Below, one piece after another: positions 58,553-64,000 of a DNA stretch of 64,000 bases. Location: assembly GCA_964187785.1 (NCBI GenBank), contig OZ076410.1:83452001-83516000 (forward strand), given 5' to 3'. Both the position numbers and the translations under genes were made by a program. Within the stretch, counting starts at the first letter, position 1, and every line of letters starts with the position of its first letter. This stretch comes from Amphiscolops sp. MND2022 (Eukaryota). Below the pieces are notes generated by a model. That model saw only the letters and a list, made by a program, of their open reading frames with translations, had not been told where the DNA came from and searched no databases.

Positions 58553-61500
58553 ATGATCTCGACTTTAGTGGAGTTCCTATACAATCAAAAATTTGCAAAC
58601 CATCTTTATCTTAGTAAATTTAAACTACTATGCTTCTTGATCATTTTAAGCATAGCTGCTGTGCTGATATACTACGTTTCGTCTATACATGTGACCTTAT
58701 GGACAATACATGACCTAAAACCAGACATCCCACTGGATCCTTGCGACCCCCGCTTGATGCCCAATTCAGTATGGATATTTGAAACAAAGCTCAACTGGAC
58801 AACCCCTCGATCACTGTGTGCAGGGATGTTTGAAACATTTATATTTGGGCCTTTTGATTAGATAAAACCCTAGTTCAAAAAATGCTTATCTTTTTTATCT
58901 TTAAATAAAATGCTTTTTTTTGAAGAAATATTCCAAGAATCTTTCAAGATAAAGCTTTTTTCAATGATAATCTTGCATGATGTACATTTTCTCAAAATAT
59001 CTTGAATGAATTGAATTTTCAAATCAAAAAGTGAATTTATGTCCCCAATCTTGCAAGATAGCCATCAAATGCAAGAAATTGGCAAGAATCTTTAAAGATT
59101 TGCGTTTAACTTCACCAAGGGAATCCATAAACGGTGATTTTGTTTCCAAATTCCGAACTCTAATTCAGGCTCTTTAATCCCCCCACCTTCAAATATGTTT
59201 CAAAGAAAACTGTGTATGGGGTAGAGTATATATTAATCTGCAGTTCCAGTTAACTGAAAGTTTTGCAATATATAATGATATTTCGATTGTCATTTTGCAA
59301 AAAGAATTTAGTAAAAAGAGTACAAAGGCTCACAGTGCCAAAACATTTAAACATTTGCACTTGAAGTCGGGACCCGTTAGACTCGAAAGGAGGGGACCAC
59401 TTGATTTTTAAACTTTGTTTTTTAATAGGCGGATTTCCAATCCAGGGCTCTTTTCTTTTTTTGCCAGTATCTCCTGCTTGCGCATCCTAACCCCTAGTAG
59501 GCCTAGTGGCGACACTTTGGCCTCAAGTTGAACATGCTCAAAAAACGGACCGTTTAGTTGGAACAATAGAATATCCAGTCATCCTTGGTTATATGTAGTT
59601 GAAAGTTTAACCATTCAAAATCCGAAGAGGTGCATTCGATTTCTGGTTTTGGATTTCCATGATAGCGACCCACGACACATTTTGGCCAAGAAAATTTTGA
59701 AGGAACGACAAAACGTCAGAATAACTGCTCTATACCCGGATGAAATTTTATCAGGTAAGCCCATATTGCTTCACAAAAACGTTATATTCTCAGTTTCTTT
59801 TGAGGAAAACGTGTGGAAAAGCTGAAAATACGATGAACAGCTCACTGGAGCTGTAACCATTGTAAACACTAGCGGTGTTTCACCCATGTCACGTTTTACT
59901 TTTATTGTACCAAAAAACGTAATAGATTCGATTGTGCCAAAATAATGAACCTAATCGAAAAACATGGAAAAATATCAATTCAGATTAAAGCGAAGAAAAT
60001 GATCAAACTACAAAAAATTTCCTCTGATTTTCCTGAATGATGCTTATCGGTTGCAGACAGTTGCAGAATGCTCCAATCAAAAAACCATTCGGAACTTTTT
60101 CCTCCCCCCCACACTTTTTAAAGAAAAAAACTCAACATAAAGGATTATATATGACTATATCATTCAATATTTCTTCGAATAAGTCTTTTCTTTTGATTTT
60201 GTTGTCTCCACACTATTAGAGTAGTTTTCCTCTTGAACAAAACATTTTTCACACAATTTGACTAATTATGTTTGTATTGAGTGTTTATTGATGACTCAAA
60301 ACAGGAAGCCGTTGATTTCTTCATCAATAATGCGTAACTACATAGGGAAAAAGTGTGAACAAAGTTTGTATCTGAATCCTAAACTATCACCCTGAGAATA
60401 AATTTAAAACTGAACTGTTTCATTGGAAACGCAATTGAGATATAATTAATTGCAAAAACATCATCTTGAAAAGTGTGAGGGGGGGGAAGGAAAAAGTTCC
60501 CAAAAAACCATTTCTGACAGAACCGAAGGTCTCTGAATTGGGCTTCCGAAACTTCGTAAAACGGAAAATCAATCAAACCAACAAAAGTTTTGAAAAATAG
60601 CATAGTAGAGTTTATGCAGTTTCAGCCTTCATTCGTTTTTTCGTCAATATATTTCAACTTCTATACTTCGTTCACGTGGCTTCCTCACTGTTCACAGAAA
60701 CTCCCTTCAAACACTGCTATGGAGCACAAGCAAGGGCGTCGCCACATTTTGCTCCCAACCTGGCTGACTGTCTGCGAGTAGCTGTTTTGTACAAATATGG
60801 AGGAACCCATGTGGACTTTGACGTCATCGCCGTTAAACCTCTACCCAGTCTACCCTTCTTTTTGAGCCGAGTTGTGACAGGTCCCACTTACACTTTTCTT
60901 TCCTTAAACCCCTAAGCTAGACTTGATGAATTTCAGTTTTGAAGCTAATGCTTTCTGGTGTTTTTCAATTGAGATTCTTGAGCGATTATTTCAATTTTAG
61001 AGACATTTCTCAAAGAAGTGTGTTTGAAGTTTTTAGAGATTAATCTGGATTTGAAAATTACAAAAAATCACAAATTTCCAACCTACACATTAAAATTCAA
61101 GTCCCAGATTGCAGAAAAATGTTTTTTTCAACATGTTGCTCAAGGATACCAAAAAGCTACAGACACTTGATTTCAAATCTGAAAATGCAATAAATTTGTA
61201 CATGATCAAAAGACAAAAGACGTTGGAGCAAAATCTTCTCAAATTTCAATCAGAATTACAGGGGTATTTTTGAGCTATTGGAAAAACTACAAATGTTAGT
61301 AGCTAACAAAAGTCTTCGCTAATTTTTACATTTTGTTTTTGTGTTTAATAGTGCAATATCTCGAGAACCGCTGTACTTATTAAAGAAAAGTGTTTGAGAC
61401 AAACTGTGTACCTTTGATTCAGATCTCTAACTTTTAAAATTAATATTTTTCTGAAAACGCCCTCCTCGAGAATTTACACCACAAAATGATCGAAAAATGA

Positions 61501-62175
61501 GAAATCGTCATTTTTTAATTCGTAAAAATATTGTTTCGACCAAACTACTAGTGTGTTTGCCTGTTCTTATTTCAAAAAAGAATTCTTCAATTTTAACCAG
61601 AATTAATGGTTAAATGTGAAAGTTAACGAACGGCGTCTAGAAAGAATTCTTCAATTTTAACCAGAATTAATGGTGTTAAATGTGAAAGTTAACGAACGGC
61701 GTCTAGAAAGAATTCTTCAATTTTAACCAGAATTAATGGTTAATTGTGAAAGTTAACGAAAGGCGTCTATGCATGCTACAAAAATGATCAGTATTTCTGA
61801 GAGATTGCTTTAAAAAGCTCAAATTTTCCAGAATTCCTTGAATTACAATTTGATAGAACTTTAAATTTTGATGCGATTTCAGTCTGATTAAAATTCACCT
61901 GTTAGTTCTCAAAATGACAAGTGTAATGAAAAACGTAGGCGGGGCGATCAGCAGTGCTCTAATGAGGGCATCGGAACCTCGGCGAGAGCTGCTTTGGTTA
62001 GCCATGGAGAACGGGCAAAAACGATTTCAGCCCTTGCGGTATGCGACCATGATGATTTCTTTCCACTACACTGTAGAAACCTATTGCAAGGGACGTGGCT
62101 TCAACGTGTCTCAAGTTGATGAGAAAACCATTGTCGGCACGTGTGATGAATGGAAAATTTTGGGGGCCGATGCAG
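58553..62175 (+). CDS. Glycosyltransferase family 32 (A4GALT/A4GNT-like, type II membrane), partial; 3' exon(s) unresolved
   Basis: Exons 58553-58823, 59599-59754, 60698-60880, 61906-62175 join in phase 1 to give TM anchor, WIFET..RSLCA|VES...NP, ADCLRVAVLYKYGG..VDFD (DxD) and ISSALM. The first donor reads GG, not GT. Confidence 0.75.
61577..61770 (+). repeat. Tandem repeat, 3 x 64-66 bp, in an intron of the GT32 gene
   Basis: Unit AAAGAATTCTTCAATTTTAACCAGAATTAATGGTTAAATGTGAAAGTTAACGAACGGCGTCTAG. Confidence 0.9.
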
Positions 62176-62945
62176 GTAACTGATGTCATGAATAACTGAA
62201 TGACGCAACATATCATTTAAAAAATCCAATTAACCTCCACGTGTTCACAAGATTTGACTTTCATCAGAGTTATTTTACAGCTGAAACTGAAAAGCTTGAT
62301 CAAATGACCCAGGTTTCCCTCCCAAACAAAAAAAGGTCAATCATACTCTGCCATCACACTCACAGTATGATTCCAGGCTGACCATACTCTGAATCATAAA
62401 GGTTTATAATTCCAGGCTGGTCATACTCTGGACCATATATGATTCCAGGCCTGTCACGCCAGCATGATGGAAATATAATCTACTAAATATCTGTAATGTA
62501 AATACTATGTCTTATGTACTCAGATATGGGCAAAATGAAGTCATATAATAAGAACCATGGTTGTGCGCAACTCTACGTTACTTGTACCTAATCCCATTTC
62601 CCCCCTCTTGAGTTTTGAGCTACCTATCTAACTAATATTGAGCACTCTAGTTCCGGTGACCGCAATTATGATCATGCTTGTAGCAAAAAGTGTTACACTC
62701 AAAAGAGTGGTTTGTCACGACAAAGGGAGAATAGTTTTTCCGGTCACACTGGACCGATGGACAGAAAAGTGATGGAATTCCAAGTTACTTCGTAAGCTCC
62801 CGCCTCAGAGCGACCGTCGTGACAGATCCTCATCTCGTAATCATCGATACTAATTTATGCGACCCATAAACAGGAAAGTTCATCCTTTTCTCATCCAGTA
62901 GGCTAGTTACTGCAAATCACGCATAAATTGGTGCCTTAATGAAAG

Positions 62946-63280
62946 TTCATCGCAAATACATCAGCGAGTTCTGTTGGTGACATCAGTTACCATTTTACTA
63001 TAATTCATCGCAAATCCATCAGCGGATTTGCAAACAATTTATATATGGTACTTACCTATCGATTTACATCGTAAATCTATCAACGGATTCCTCGGGACCT
63101 AACATTTGTTAGAACTCATCGTAAAACCATCGCTGGTTTGTGATTTAATGCTTTTACACGAAACACATCGCAAGTTCATCAGCGAACTTGCTTGATATGC
63201 TTTTTTTAAATCCGGTACTTCGAACCAATGTACTCCTCATTTTCTGATTTTAAAACAAATCACTAATTCATCGCCATATT
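62946..63280 (+). repeat. Five to six degenerate CATCGCAAAT.CATCAGCG motifs at ~50-60 bp period
   Basis: Copies near 62947, 63006, 63067, 63117, 63167 and 63269. Confidence 0.6.
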
Positions 63281-64000
63281 AGAGAAAGCAGAGAAAATAA
63301 GAAAGTGCTTCTTAAATTCATCAATAAAAAGCGATTGTACTCGATTTACTTGTATGAGTGTAAACACATCGATTATTTCATGGTCAGATCCGAAATGTGC
63401 CGGAAATAGCAGATACAGGAGGAAGTCCATCCTTGTTCATCGTGAACCCAAATTAGTGCTCTAATTTCAATGAATATAGTTGGGAATTCATCGTTTTTAC
63501 ATCGTATGCTAAATTGGTGCTAGAATTTACTAGATACTGACTAGATTTCATCACTTATCCATACGTGTACTTGAGATAGTGTCCAATATTGATTGCATTG
63601 CTTGGAAGACATCGTTTTACAATCGTTTAATGCGTTTTGCTCTAATTTGACTGTTTTAGTGCAATAACTATCATTTTCATCTTGTTTCTATCTCCATAGT
63701 AACCATTGTTGTGTGCAGGCAATTACAGAGAAGTAAAGTTTATGATTCTTTGCTAATTAGTAAATATGTAGATTTAGCATACGTGGTGGCCATCCTGCGG
63801 CAAATAGCACCACTGGTAGTCACGTGACTTACCAATCAACACCAGCTGGGATAACCAATGAGAACAAAGGTTGGTAAGAATTGAGTCTTACCAACCAGCC
63901 AAAACGCGCGAATTGCTGCAGTTTGAACTGCCAATATTGATTAGTAAGAGAGAGATTGCGACTAGTTGCAGTTGCTATTTTCACGTTGAGAACTTCATCT

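Noticed and set aside
62730-62780. Final GT32 exon (VFPVTLDRWTEK*)
   Set aside because: Resembles the FYPI.W motif but stops after 12 codons; insufficient support to extend the gene model.

Overview
Repeat-rich eukaryotic (animal-like, invertebrate) genomic DNA; the species cannot be fixed from the sequence alone. Host genes: a complete 6-exon FEN1 (11371-25163, 383 aa) with TE-filled introns, a frameshifted secreted PAN/apple + C-type lectin gene (35397-36333, minus) and a partial GT32 (A4GALT/A4GNT-like) glycosyltransferase gene (58553->62175). Mobile DNA: a decayed CRE-like RT-RLE retroposon, an internally deleted hAT element with a nested MITE, LINE and Tc1-like remnants, and an 8.7-kb degraded Maverick/Polinton-like element with ~153-bp TIRs. 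The standout is a young, full-length 16-kb Ty3/Gypsy element (36471-52438; two 2316-bp LTRs with 5 substitutions seen; TATAT target-site duplication). Besides gag and a -1-frameshift pol it carries (i) an intact 7-exon, 1113-aa gene on the ANTISENSE strand with six GT-AG introns, which looks like a catalytically dead hAT-type transposase with a zinc finger; (ii) a non-env ORF3 whose conserved Cys/His tail is encoded inside the LTR; and (iii) a gag whose first 132 codons lie inside the LTR and read through the PBS. A diverged, internally deleted relative at 1-3840 confirms the LTR-overlapping ORF architecture.
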